Positions 19,305 to 28,177 are shown, counted from the first letter of the stretch. The stretch: 54,909 bases of DNA from Methyloceanibacter sp. (GCA_036280475.1 DASUQP010000106.1:1-54909), one strand, 5' to 3'. Numbers and translations: made by a program. Notes: generated by a model not told the origin, from the letters alone.

Positions 19305-19329
19305 GGAACTCCGCCGCGTTCGGGACGTT
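19305..19329 (+). promoter_or_regulatory. EcfG-type promoter
   Basis: GGAAC-N16-CGTT. Confidence 0.85.
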
Positions 19330-19361
19330 CTAGAGCGCAAGAGACGGGACAACAGGAGATT

Positions 19362-19730
19362 ATGACCATGGTTGCGATGCATGTCTTGAGCAGAACGGCC
19401 GCAGCGCTCGTTGCCGCGCTCCTTGCCGCCGGCTTGATGGTGGGAGCCGCACTGGCCGCCGCCAGCGATTTCGAAGGCACGTGGAAGACCCAGGATACGA
19501 AGGGACAAGCCTTCGAGATCATCCTGTCGGCGGATGGGAAAGCCAAGGGCAGTCGGGCCGATGAAGGCTTGAACGGGACCTGGAAAGTCGATGGCGACTC
19601 GGCCCTGATCACTTGGGACTCGGGCTGGACGACCAAGATCGTCAAGGAAGGCGACAAGTTCAAGAAGCTCGCGTTCGAAAAGGGTCAGAGCGGCGACCCA
19701 ACGCATACGGCAGACGCTCAGAAAATGTAA
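19362..19730 (+). CDS. Secreted beta-rich hypothetical protein
   Basis: AGGAG RBS, signal peptide, FEGTWK...GTWK...ITWDSGWTT. Confidence 0.8.
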   Translation: MTMVAMHVLSRTAAALVAALLAAGLMVGAALAAASDFEGTWKTQDTKGQAFEIILSADGKAKGSRADEGLNGTWKVDGDSALITWDSGWTTKIVKEGDKFKKLAFEKGQSGDPTHTADAQKM

Positions 19731-19905
19731 CGGGCGCTTCGCGCGCACCGGTTGACCACACCGCTCTCTCCGCTCGTTTCCTCGCCGGCTGCTCCGCCGG
19801 CGCGGGGACGAGAGGCTTGGGCATGCTGCTTCGATCCCGACAATTGTCTGAGCGACCGTTTTCCGAGGGCATCCGGTCCGGCCAATCGCGGGGACGCCAG
19901 AACTT

Positions 19906-19930
19906 GGAACAGGATCCCGGGTCGCGCGTT
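19906..19930 (+). promoter_or_regulatory. EcfG-type promoter
   Basis: GGAAC-N16-CGTT. Confidence 0.85.
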
Positions 19931-19953
19931 CCCGGCCCTGTAAGGAGAAGACG

Positions 19954-20154
19954 ATGAACACGCACGTCACTGACGAAGACGTTTCAGTTGGTCCACCCAA
20001 GCCCAAGGACCGAAGGGTTCTGATGACGCTGATCGGAACCGTGGCCGTGATCGTTCTTGCGCTGATAGCATTCGTCGCCTTGAGCGACTTCCCTGGCCCG
20101 TCCGAAGGCAGCGCAGACAAGGCGACGGCGCCTGCGGAGGACGTCAGGCGCTAG
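19954..20154 (+). CDS. Small single-TM protein
   Basis: AAGGAG RBS; one hydrophobic helix. Confidence 0.75.
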   Translation: MNTHVTDEDVSVGPPKPKDRRVLMTLIGTVAVIVLALIAFVALSDFPGPSEGSADKATAPAEDVRR

Positions 20155-20178
20155 GAACATCTGATAAGGTCGCGAGTT
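20154..20178 (+). promoter_or_regulatory. EcfG-type promoter (near consensus)
   Basis: GGAAC-N16-AGTT. Confidence 0.7.
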
Positions 20179-20213
20179 GGAGCCGCGTGGAGGGGTTTGC
20201 AAAGGAGATATCA

Positions 20214-20447
20214 ATGGCCCGCCACATCGTAATGGACCCCTCCGGTCACTCGACCTTCGAGTTCAATCCGGGCAGCCTGGCCGATCTTGCCAAGGCCGAA
20301 CGCCGCTTCAACAAGCTTTTGAACAAGGGATACGTGCCCGCCTATCAACGCGGCGAAGGCACGCATCGTGTTCCGCCGCAAGAGAATAGGTCTTTCGATC
20401 CGTCGGCCGAGGAGACCATCTTCATTCCGGCGCTTCGGGGCGGCTAA
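20214..20447 (+). CDS. 77-aa protein ending in LRGG; putative ubiquitin-like (beta-grasp) protein
   Basis: AAAGGAGA RBS; C-terminus FDPSAEETIFIPALRGG-stop. The CDS is solid; the fold is inferred. Confidence 0.8.
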   Translation: MARHIVMDPSGHSTFEFNPGSLADLAKAERRFNKLLNKGYVPAYQRGEGTHRVPPQENRSFDPSAEETIFIPALRGG

Positions 20448-20815
20448 TGAACATGGTTTGGCTGATGGTTGCTATTGTCGTTCTTAGCGGCCTCGCCATG
20501 CTCGTTTGTTCCATCCGCCAGCGCATGGCAGAGACAAAAGGCCTGACGCTTCTTGTGAGCAATCTCAGTGAGGAGCAGCGGCGTCAGTACGAAGCCTTTG
20601 GCTATTTCGACGCGATCGGATCCATCACGGGCAAGCGCTACCGGATCCATCACGGCAATTCGCGGAACGTCGTCCAGCTGGGCTCCGGCAACTTGCGTTC
20701 CGGCCGATGCTTTGCGCCGCGAGGCGATCTCGTTCCGGGAGATTGCATGCTTGCGCAAAAGATCGCGATTGAGAATTACGAAGCGGAAGTGCTCGCCAAA
20801 GCGCTACCTTTTTGA
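20447..20815 (+). CDS. Hypothetical protein with N-terminal TM helix, coupled to the LRGG protein
   Basis: TAATG stop/start overlap; YFDAIGSITGKRYRI...GRCFAP...GDCMLAQKIAIE. Confidence 0.8.
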   Translation: MNMVWLMVAIVVLSGLAMLVCSIRQRMAETKGLTLLVSNLSEEQRRQYEAFGYFDAIGSITGKRYRIHHGNSRNVVQLGSGNLRSGRCFAPRGDLVPGDCMLAQKIAIENYEAEVLAKALPF

Positions 20816-20864
20816 GGCGCTTTCCGTCGGGATCTCGGCCGGCGGTCGGGCCGGCGCGTGGAGA

Positions 20865-20890
20865 GGAACCGTGATCGCGTCAGCCGCGTT
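20865..20890 (+). promoter_or_regulatory. EcfG-type promoter (17-bp spacer)
   Basis: GGAAC-N17-CGTT, 8 nt before ATG 20899. Confidence 0.6.
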
Positions 20891-20898
20891 CTTTTGTC

Positions 20899-21156
20899 AT
20901 GGGTGCGGATCGGAAGACAAAGCGACGGCCGCAACGAGCCCGCGGGAAGGCCGCCACCGGCGAAGCGGCTCAAACGCACGGGACCAAATCCGCCAAGCGC
21001 GTATTGGCGGGCGCGCCGCCGCCGCAAGGTTTCCCGGCGACAGCGCCCGGAGCGCCATCCCCCGATGAAAGAGCGCCAGGCACGCGCGAACGTGGATCGC
21101 CGGACCAGAAGGGGATCGATGACCGGGAAGCCAGCAGCCGAGAGGCAAAAAGCTAG
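20899..21156 (+). CDS. Disordered hydrophilic protein, probably leaderless
   Basis: ATG at the expected TSS, no SD sequence. Confidence 0.5.
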   Translation: MGADRKTKRRPQRARGKAATGEAAQTHGTKSAKRVLAGAPPPQGFPATAPGAPSPDERAPGTRERGSPDQKGIDDREASSREAKS

Positions 21157-21326
21157 CGCAGAGAGATTTCCATCTACCACGCTTGGATTTGTCAGGCCGC
21201 CAGACGAGCGGTTAGAAATGCCTGCCGAAGCGAGAGGCTGCGCCTGGCAGCGGCCCGACGCGGCAACACGGGCGTCATAGGGTTCTCGCGGCGGCAGCGT
21301 GCAAATCACGACGGCAAACGGCAAGC

Positions 21327-23096
21327 ATGACGGTCGATCAAGGTTTGGCCTTCGCCATCGTTACCATCATGATGGTCCTCTTCGCCTGGGGCCGCTGGCG
21401 CTATGACCTCGTGGCGGCGATGGCGCTGCTTGCGGCCGTGACCGTCGGTATCGTGCCGCCGGATCAAGCGTTCAAAGGTTTCAGCGACGACATTGTCATC
21501 ATCGTGGGGAGCGCGCTCGTGGTGAGCGCGGCGGTCGCGCGATCGGGCGTGATCGAGCGCGTCGCCCGCTCGCTCGGTCCCCGTCTCGTCACGATTCACC
21601 GTCAGATCATCGCGCTGGTCGGCTCGGTGACCCTGCTTTCCGCCTTCGTGAAGAACGTCGGGGCGCTCGCCATGACCATGCCGATCGCCTTCCAGCTCGC
21701 GCGCCGCAGCGGGACCTCTCCTTCTTCACTGTTGATGCCCATGTCGTTCGGGGCGCTTCTCGGCGGGACGATGACGCTCGTCGGCACATCGCCAAACATC
21801 ATCGTGTCGCGCATGAGGGAACAGCTTCTCGGCTCGCCGTTCGGCATGTTCGATTTCACGCCCGTCGGCGCCGGCATTGTCCTGGCCGGCTTTCTCTTCC
21901 TCGTATTCGGCTGGCGACTCCTCCCCCGCCACCGCAAGGGCGCCGCCGCGATAGACGCCGCGTTCAATCTCGAGGCCTATACGACCGAGGTGAGAGTGCC
22001 CGAGGAGTCGCCCGCCGCCGGCGTGACGGTGAAAGCGCTTGAGGATCTTGGCGAGAACGAGATCGAGGTCATTACCCTTCTCAGAGGCGGGACGCGACGG
22101 TACGAGCCGGCGGGCAACGCGCTGATCAAAGCCGGCGACATTCTCATTTTGCGGGGGGAGCCGTCGGCGCTCGAACGCGTCATCGTTCTGGAGAAGCTGA
22201 AGCTGACGCGCGAAGGCAAGCGTCACGCCATCGACACGCCCAGCGACGAGATCGGCGTGATGGAAGCCGTTATCACACCGGACTCCGAGCTGGTGGGCTC
22301 TTCCGCGGGCCAGCTGCAATTGTTCGACCGTCACGCGATCAATTTGCTAGCCGTCAGCCGCAAGGGAAGGCACATCCATCGCTTGCGCGCGGTGAAGCTC
22401 CGGGCAGGCGACGTGGTCGTGTTTGGCGGCAATATCGCTGCCATGCCGGAGACGCTCGGAGAGTTGCGGTGCCTGCCGCTCGCTGGGCGCGATCTGCGTA
22501 TCGGTCGCAAAGCAAGTTTCCTGCCGCTCGCCGTTCTTGCCGCCGCCATGGCCCTCGTCGCCGTCAATGTCCTGCCGGTGGCCATCGCCTTCTTTGGCGC
22601 TGCCATAACCCTCTTGCTGGTGCGGTCGCTGTCCCTGCGCCAGGCCTATGAGGCCATCGAATGGCCGATCCTCATCATGCTCGGGGCGTTGATCCCGGTC
22701 AGCGATGCGCTGCGCACGACCGGGGGCACCGATCTGATCGCAGCCTGGCTCTCGAGCGCGGCGTCCGCGCTGCCGCCGATGGGAGCGCTCGCGCTGCTAC
22801 TCGTCAGCGCCATGGCGGTGACGCCCTTCCTCAACAACGCCGCAACGGTTCTGGTGATGGCGCCGATTGCCGCGGGCTTCGCCGGCAGGCTGGGCTATAG
22901 CCCTGATCCCTTCCTCATGGCGGTTGCGATCGGCGCCGCCTGCGATTTCCTCACGCCGATCGGCCATCAATGCAACACGCTGGTGATGGGACCGGGCGGC
23001 TATCGCTTTGGCGACTATTGGCGGCTCGGCCTGCCGCTTTCGCTGATCGTGATCGCCGTGGGAGTTCCCCTCATCGCCTTCTTCTGGCCGTTTTAA
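21327..23096 (+). CDS. SLC13-type permease with TrkA-C domains
   Basis: GGTMTLVGTSPNII, two soluble TrkA-C-like segments, FLTPIGHQCNTLVMGPGGYRFGDY. Confidence 0.9.
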   Translation: MTVDQGLAFAIVTIMMVLFAWGRWRYDLVAAMALLAAVTVGIVPPDQAFKGFSDDIVIIVGSALVVSAAVARSGVIERVARSLGPRLVTIHRQIIALVGSVTLLSAFVKNVGALAMTMPIAFQLARRSGTSPSSLLMPMSFGALLGGTMTLVGTSPNIIVSRMREQLLGSPFGMFDFTPVGAGIVLAGFLFLVFGWRLLPRHRKGAAAIDAAFNLEAYTTEVRVPEESPAAGVTVKALEDLGENEIEVITLLRGGTRRYEPAGNALIKAGDILILRGEPSALERVIVLEKLKLTREGKRHAIDTPSDEIGVMEAVITPDSELVGSSAGQLQLFDRHAINLLAVSRKGRHIHRLRAVKLRAGDVVVFGGNIAAMPETLGELRCLPLAGRDLRIGRKASFLPLAVLAAAMALVAVNVLPVAIAFFGAAITLLLVRSLSLRQAYEAIEWPILIMLGALIPVSDALRTTGGTDLIAAWLSSAASALPPMGALALLLVSAMAVTPFLNNAATVLVMAPIAAGFAGRLGYSPDPFLMAVAIGAACDFLTPIGHQCNTLVMGPGGYRFGDYWRLGLPLSLIVIAVGVPLIAFFWPF

Positions 23097-23113
23097 TTTT
23101 TGCCTCGAGCCAG

Positions 23114-23138
23114 GGAACGTTCACCGGGAGGGCCGGTT
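23114..23138 (+). promoter_or_regulatory. EcfG-type promoter (near consensus)
   Basis: GGAAC-N16-GGTT. Confidence 0.7.
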
Positions 23139-23205
23139 AGGCGGTCAGGTGCCCGGCCTCAGCCACGAGCCGGGCCCGCACCAACAAACCGTAGGAGCAA
23201 GTCAA

Positions 23206-24048
23206 ATGAAGCGTCAAACATCGACTTTGATCACCGCGGCGGCGTTTCTCGTCGCTTTCGGTCTCACCGCGGCACAGGCCGGAGCCCAGTCCGACCCGAT
23301 GGCGCCAGGCGGCGGACCGGCCGGCAGTATCGGTGCCGGCGAAGGCGGAGGCATGGCACCCGCCTCTCCGGGAGGCGGGCCCAACCAGCCCGGCAACGCG
23401 CCCGGAGCCTCGGATATGATGGACACCGGCCCGGGTAGCGCCGCCTCCAAGGGCTCGACCGCGGAAGCGCCGCCATCGGCAAAAGAGCCTAAGGGCGCGG
23501 CCGGCACGCAAACCGGCATGCCCTCAGATAGAAAGGATAGCAGGCCGGACGGCGACAAGGCCGGCACGACCGCGGAAGGCCAACCCGACACCAAGGACGG
23601 CATGTCCAAGGACGACAAGCAAGGCGCCACCCCCGAAGGCAAAGACGACAAAGAAGGCATGTCCAAGGACGATAAGCCAGGCGCCACCGCCGAAGGCAAA
23701 GACGACAAAGACGGCATGTCCAAGGACGACAAACCAGGCGCCACGGCCGAAGGCAAAGACGACGCCAAGTCCAAGGGCAAGAGCGCGCGGCTTGAGTCGA
23801 AGGACATCTCGAAGGTGAGAAGCCATTTCAGCCAGAACAAGCCGAACGTGAAGCGGATCGACAGGGACGACTTCTCAGTGTCGATCGGCATCGCGTTGCC
23901 GGGCTCGATCGTACTGTACGATCTGCCTCCCGATGTGATCGTGGTCAGCGGCCCCTGCCCGATCCAATATTTCGTCTGGGGCGACGATATCGTGCTGGTC
24001 GATTCCTGCTCGCGCGAAGTCGTGGAAATCATTGCCGGCGTCGCATAG
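23206..24048 (+). CDS. Secreted protein with disordered repeats and DUF1236-like C-terminal domain
   Basis: AGGAG RBS, signal peptide; FSVSIGIALP...LP...YFVWGDDIVLVD...REVVEII. Confidence 0.8.
   Translation: MKRQTSTLITAAAFLVAFGLTAAQAGAQSDPMAPGGGPAGSIGAGEGGGMAPASPGGGPNQPGNAPGASDMMDTGPGSAASKGSTAEAPPSAKEPKGAAGTQTGMPSDRKDSRPDGDKAGTTAEGQPDTKDGMSKDDKQGATPEGKDDKEGMSKDDKPGATAEGKDDKDGMSKDDKPGATAEGKDDAKSKGKSARLESKDISKVRSHFSQNKPNVKRIDRDDFSVSIGIALPGSIVLYDLPPDVIVVSGPCPIQYFVWGDDIVLVDSCSREVVEIIAGVA
23599..23763 (+). repeat. About 3 x 57-bp in-frame tandem repeat
   Basis: Units start at 23599, 23656 and 23713 and encode GMSKDDKxGATxEGKDDxx. Confidence 0.92.
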
Positions 24049-24073
24049 TTCCCGGGAGCGAAATCCACGCGAA

Positions 24074-24104
24074 AGAAGACGGCCGCTCCGGCGGCCGTCT
24101 TTTT
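24074..24104 (+). terminator. Rho-independent terminator
   Basis: AAGACGGCCGC-TCCG-GCGGCCGTCTT followed by TTT. Confidence 0.85.
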
Positions 24105-24211
24105 CTGGGCAGGACGACCGAGCCTTTGTCATGATGCCCTCAGGCCTCTGATTCCACGTGCCGTGCGGCCGTTCGGACGACGGGAGCTCACTTAGACGGG
24201 AGGGCTAAACC

Positions 24212-24556
24212 ATGGCTATCAAGCATGCGATCCGGCAAGTACTGACACGATTCGGAGAACTCGCCGCGCATCCTCTCGCCTTCGGCATCTGGCTGCTCTA
24301 CGCCGTGGTCTGGCTCATTCTTGATCGGGACTCGCTCGATTGGCACGGGGTGGCCACGATGGTGACCTGGTTCATGACGCTGATCATTCAGCGCGCCGAG
24401 GATCGGGATACCCAGGCGCTGCAAGCGAAGCTCGACGAGCTTCTGCGCGTCATCAAACCGGCCGACGACGCACTCACCGAGATCGACACGCTGGAGCCGG
24501 AAGACATCAAGCGTTTGAGGAAAGAGACACACTCTTCTTCCGGCGAGAAAACTTAA
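24212..24556 (+). CDS. Low-affinity iron permease (Fet4-like) family small membrane protein
   Basis: Two TM helices; IQRAEDRDTQALQAKLDELL signature; GGAGG RBS. Confidence 0.85.
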   Translation: MAIKHAIRQVLTRFGELAAHPLAFGIWLLYAVVWLILDRDSLDWHGVATMVTWFMTLIIQRAEDRDTQALQAKLDELLRVIKPADDALTEIDTLEPEDIKRLRKETHSSSGEKT

Positions 24557-25581
24557 GACGATTGACTTGCCGCGATCGTAACCGAGCGGACCATCCGTGC
24601 CGGAAACACGATCCGCGAGATGGTGCCGCCGCCACCCTGCATTTCGAGGCGTCCGGCAAGTTGCTGAGTCAGAATCTGCACAATGTTCAGCCCGAGGCTC
24701 TTTGTCGCCGCGAGGTCGAAGCCGGGCGGCAGTCCGTTGCCATCATCGGCAACCTCCAGAACGAGACTGTCCCCGCCGTTCTGGCGGAGATCGATATTGA
24801 TGGTTCCCCGTGGGCGACCGGCAAGGCCGTGCTCCAGCGAATTGCTGATGAGCTCGGTCGCGATGAGCGCGATCGGGATCGCCTGGTCTGCCGGGAGTTT
24901 TACCGTCACGGACTTTACCAGACAGTCGACGTCGAGGGCATTCCAGGATTTCACGATGTCATCGCACAGCCCCTTCAGGAACGCGCCAAAATCGATCGCG
25001 GCACCTTGCGGATCGTAGAGTTTGCGGTGGAGCTTCCCGATCAGCTCGAGCCTGCGGGAGGCGTCAGACAGGGCCTTCGTCGCGCCCCGATCGGTGACGC
25101 GCTCCCTGTCCAAATTGAGCAACGCCGCCACGATCTGGAGGTTGTTCGAGATTCGATGCTGCAGTTCGGCAAACATCGCTTCGCTTTGGTCCGCCAAGGC
25201 CCGGGCTTTCCCCCGTTCTTCCCGCAACCGCTCGATGGCGACGTTCAATGTATGAACGAGGAGAATGATGAGAGCGTTTATGAAGACATAAAGGACAAGC
25301 GCGATGACGCTGTCGGATTCGATGTTGAAGGATTGGAGCTGCGGCAAAAAGAAATACCAGGCCGCAAGCACTGACAGAGCCGTGACCAGAACGGCAGGCC
25401 CGACGCCGGCAAAGAAACTGGTGAGGATGACGGCGGGAAAGAACGTCAGAAACGGCAATCCCGGTGGAAGCAGGTCTTCAAGGCCGTAGCGAACGGCGAA
25501 CGCAACGATAAACGCGATGATGGCGAAGCCATAACCCCAGTTGCGGCCGCGACGCCAGCGTTCGAAAGTTTCAAGGATCAT
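24553..25581 (-). CDS. Membrane sensor kinase (DUF4118-like + HisKA_2 + HATPase)
   Basis: Four TM helices; ELQHRISNNLQ, ELISNSLEH, DDGNG, SLGL. Confidence 0.9.
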   Translation of the reverse strand: MILETFERWRRGRNWGYGFAIIAFIVAFAVRYGLEDLLPPGLPFLTFFPAVILTSFFAGVGPAVLVTALSVLAAWYFFLPQLQSFNIESDSVIALVLYVFINALIILLVHTLNVAIERLREERGKARALADQSEAMFAELQHRISNNLQIVAALLNLDRERVTDRGATKALSDASRRLELIGKLHRKLYDPQGAAIDFGAFLKGLCDDIVKSWNALDVDCLVKSVTVKLPADQAIPIALIATELISNSLEHGLAGRPRGTINIDLRQNGGDSLVLEVADDGNGLPPGFDLAATKSLGLNIVQILTQQLAGRLEMQGGGGTISRIVFPARMVRSVTIAASQSS

Positions 25582-25647
25582 CGATCGCGCACGCTACAAC
25601 GAGAGCGCCCTTTTCGGGACCGTGACAACACTTTTTGCCGGTGCGAA

Positions 25648-25672
25648 GGAACACTCGACAACGAGCCGGGTT
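25648..25672 (+). promoter_or_regulatory. EcfG-type promoter (near consensus)
   Basis: GGAAC-N16-GGTT. Confidence 0.65.
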
Positions 25673-25725
25673 TCCCAATCAAGTAACATTCGGGGAAGTT
25701 CTTGTTCAAGAGGTGCATCGTGAAC

Positions 25726-26106
25726 ATGGTCTCGTCCGCACCCGTTATCCTTGTTGTCGAAGACGAGTACATCATACGTGCCGCCCTTGTCGCCGAACTG
25801 GAGCAAGCAGGTTGGAAGGTTCTCGAAGCACGCACGGGCGAAGCGGCGCTTGCTCAGCTCCGTGGCGAACAGCGGATCGACGTTCTTGTCACGGATATTC
25901 AACTCGCCGGATACCTGAGTGGTTGGGAGGTCGCCGAGGGCTTTCGGGCCGCAACGCCCGACATACCCGTCGTCTACATGTCGGGCAAAGCCGTCGATAA
26001 ATCGCGCATGGTTCCAGGCAGCGTTTTTCTGAGCAAGCCCTTCGCGCCGCAGGACGTCTTGGCGGCCGCGCGCGAGACCATGCAAATGAGCCAACGGACA
26101 GCCTAG
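25726..26106 (+). CDS. Single-domain response regulator
   Basis: ILVVEDE, VLVTDI, PVVYMSG, FLSKPF. Confidence 0.9.
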   Translation: MVSSAPVILVVEDEYIIRAALVAELEQAGWKVLEARTGEAALAQLRGEQRIDVLVTDIQLAGYLSGWEVAEGFRAATPDIPVVYMSGKAVDKSRMVPGSVFLSKPFAPQDVLAAARETMQMSQRTA

Positions 26107-26149
26107 GCGAAGATGTGCGTTTCGACTTTCGGCGAGAGAACGCAACGTC

Positions 26150-27262
26150 CTACGCGGCTCTGAGGTTCAAGGAATCGGCGACGAAGTTGATTGCGATGCG
26201 CGTGCCGGTTCCGGGAACAGACGTAACGTCAAGCTCGGTTTTGGCGTTTTCGCGCAGGGTTTGCAGAATCAGCGCGCCAAGCTTTTCGTCCGCCGGCCAG
26301 GTGACGCCGGGAGGAAGGCCGATCCCGTCATCGGCGACGATGACGCGGCAGCCATCAGGTTCTTCACGCAGGCATTCGAGCGTAATGGTTCCACTGTCAC
26401 GGCCCACAAATGCATATTTGAAGGCGTTGGTGAGGAGCTCATTGACGGTAAGGCCAATCGGCATGGCGACGTTGATCGAAACCGGCACGATTTCCACCTT
26501 GACGTCGAGCCTGATCCCCTCGACCGCGTGCGTGCGCATGACACCGGCGGCAATCTGACTCAGATACTGTCCGAGGTCGATGTCTTGCCCGGCCGGCGTC
26601 GCCGACAGCGCGTGATAAAGAAACTGGAGGGATTCGATGCGGCCGGCCAGACGCTTGAAAGCGGTCTCCTCTCCGTTGCGCTGGGACCGCGCTTCGAGCC
26701 TGATGAGCGCGGTGATGAGCTGGAGGTTGTTCTTCACCCGATGCTGGAGCTCTTTGAGCAAGAGATCCTTGTCGCGGATCTGACGCGCAAATTCTTCCCG
26801 CTGACTGCGTTCGCGCTCCGTCACGTCGACAAGGGCGGCGATGCGGTATTTCTCCGTGCCTTCGTCGTCTTGGATCACGCCGGCATAGACCTCGACGAGA
26901 GCGGGTTTCGGCTCCTGCAACTGGAATGTGCCGACCGAATCCTCATCTGTCAGAAGCGCATGGCCGAGCGTGAGCTGGGGATCGTCCTCGTTGCGGAACG
27001 CTTCCAGGATCGACCAGCTGCGGCCTTTTATTTTCCCAACGTCGTGGCCTGTAAGGGCTGCAAACGCCTTATTGGCGTAAACGATCCGCTGCTCGCCACG
27101 CACGGATTTTGACACGATCACGGCGATGGGAACGTGATCGAGGAAGTGCTTGAACTCTTCAAAGCCGACGGTGCCCGCGATCTCGACCGCGTCGAAGATG
27201 TCGTTGACTTGCGACGCCGCGTCGGAGGCTTGTTCAGTCATTTCGGAATGCTGGATCGCCAT
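26150..27262 (-). CDS. Cytoplasmic PAS + HisKA_2 histidine kinase
   Basis: IVYANKAFAALTG (PAS), ELQHRVKNNLQ, NELLTNAFKYAF, DDGIG. Confidence 0.9.
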   Translation of the reverse strand: MAIQHSEMTEQASDAASQVNDIFDAVEIAGTVGFEEFKHFLDHVPIAVIVSKSVRGEQRIVYANKAFAALTGHDVGKIKGRSWSILEAFRNEDDPQLTLGHALLTDEDSVGTFQLQEPKPALVEVYAGVIQDDEGTEKYRIAALVDVTERERSQREEFARQIRDKDLLLKELQHRVKNNLQLITALIRLEARSQRNGEETAFKRLAGRIESLQFLYHALSATPAGQDIDLGQYLSQIAAGVMRTHAVEGIRLDVKVEIVPVSINVAMPIGLTVNELLTNAFKYAFVGRDSGTITLECLREEPDGCRVIVADDGIGLPPGVTWPADEKLGALILQTLRENAKTELDVTSVPGTGTRIAINFVADSLNLRAA

Positions 27263-27591
27263 TGGCTCTTCTTGGACCGGCTTGGACGGGTAGGTTCGGG
27301 GTTGAACCGGGGGCCGCTGCCACGGCCTTTGCAACAATAGCCTTGCTGTGACCAGATTATGGCGCAATCCCCTGCGGTGTGAAGGGCCTAAACCGGGAAG
27401 GCGGCAGGGGGCCTGACCTCGGCGGCTCCGCGTGCCTCCGGCCGGCCCGAAGTCGCTCCACGCGGCCGACCGAGGACTTTGTCATGACAGCCGGCGGCTC
27501 CAGTGGGCCCCAGCCAACGAGCTTGCGAGGTGACGTTGGAGAGGCGGTGCGTCGGGCTCGGAGGCGGGGGCCCGGACGGGGGGTCAAGCGG

Positions 27592-27798
27592 CTATCTCGA
27601 CCTTTTTGAGGTTGAGCTCGACACGTGCTCGGGCTTGCCCTTGCGTTTGGTCGAGGCCATCTCATCGAGCTCTTTTTCGCTCATTGAGTCGTACATGCTT
27701 CTCGATGCGCCCTTGAGCGCGCTGACCTTCTGTTTGCCGCGTTTTGCGGCCAGCGCTGCGCCCGCCGCCTTCTGCTGAGCCCGAGATTTCGCTGGCAT
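27592..27798 (-). CDS. DUF3008 family protein
   Basis: MPAKSRAQQKAAGAALAAKRG...MYDSMSEKELDEMAST; GGAGAG RBS. Confidence 0.9.
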   Translation of the reverse strand: MPAKSRAQQKAAGAALAAKRGKQKVSALKGASRSMYDSMSEKELDEMASTKRKGKPEHVSSSTSKRSR

Positions 27799-27940
27799 GA
27801 TGTCTCTCCACAATAAGGGCCTCGAGACCCCCCGCGGCCGTCTCCTGAGGCGGAGCACGAAAGCCGTATGAACGCGTCCGAAGCGATTTTGATCCGGCTC
27901 ACGGCGAGCGGATAAGCCCTGACCAAGATCGGTAGTGTTT

Positions 27941-27965
27941 GGAACAACTTGTCTCTCGTCGCGTT
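27941..27965 (+). promoter_or_regulatory. EcfG-type promoter with no CDS before the next terminator
   Basis: GGAAC-N16-CGTT. Confidence 0.8.
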
Positions 27966-27969
27966 GACG

Positions 27970-28114
27970 GGGCCTAACGACAGCAGCGGTAACCGCGAGC
28001 GGTTTACCGCAAGCGTTTACCGCAAGCGGTTCGCCGTGAGCGTTTGCCGCGGCCATACAGTCGAGAAGAAGCCCGGGGTCTCCTGCACCCTCCCACCTGC
28101 CCCGGGCTTCTTTT
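27970..28114 (+). ncRNA. Candidate ~145-nt stress-induced sRNA
   Basis: Bounded by an exact promoter and a 12-bp terminator stem (28067-28111) with a C-rich loop; five tandem units inside; no RBS/ATG. Confidence 0.7.
27985..28051 (+). repeat. Five tandem 13-14 nt units, consensus AGCG(G)TTTACCGCR
   Basis: Units start at 27985, 27998, 28012, 28025 and 28039. Confidence 0.9.
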
Positions 28115-28152
28115 GCCAGGCGGCTTCGATGCATGCTTTCGTGAAGAGGTTT

Positions 28153-28177
28153 GGAACGCAACGCTGCGAGCCGCGTT
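28153..28177 (+). promoter_or_regulatory. EcfG-type promoter
   Basis: GGAAC-N16-CGTT. Confidence 0.85.

Noticed and set aside
20214-20447. thiS/moaD
   Set aside because: No thiamine or molybdopterin genes nearby; resemblance limited to the C-terminus and the predicted pattern
27985-28051. Possible CRISPR array
   Set aside because: Units are 13-14 nt and contiguous, with no spacers and no cas genes
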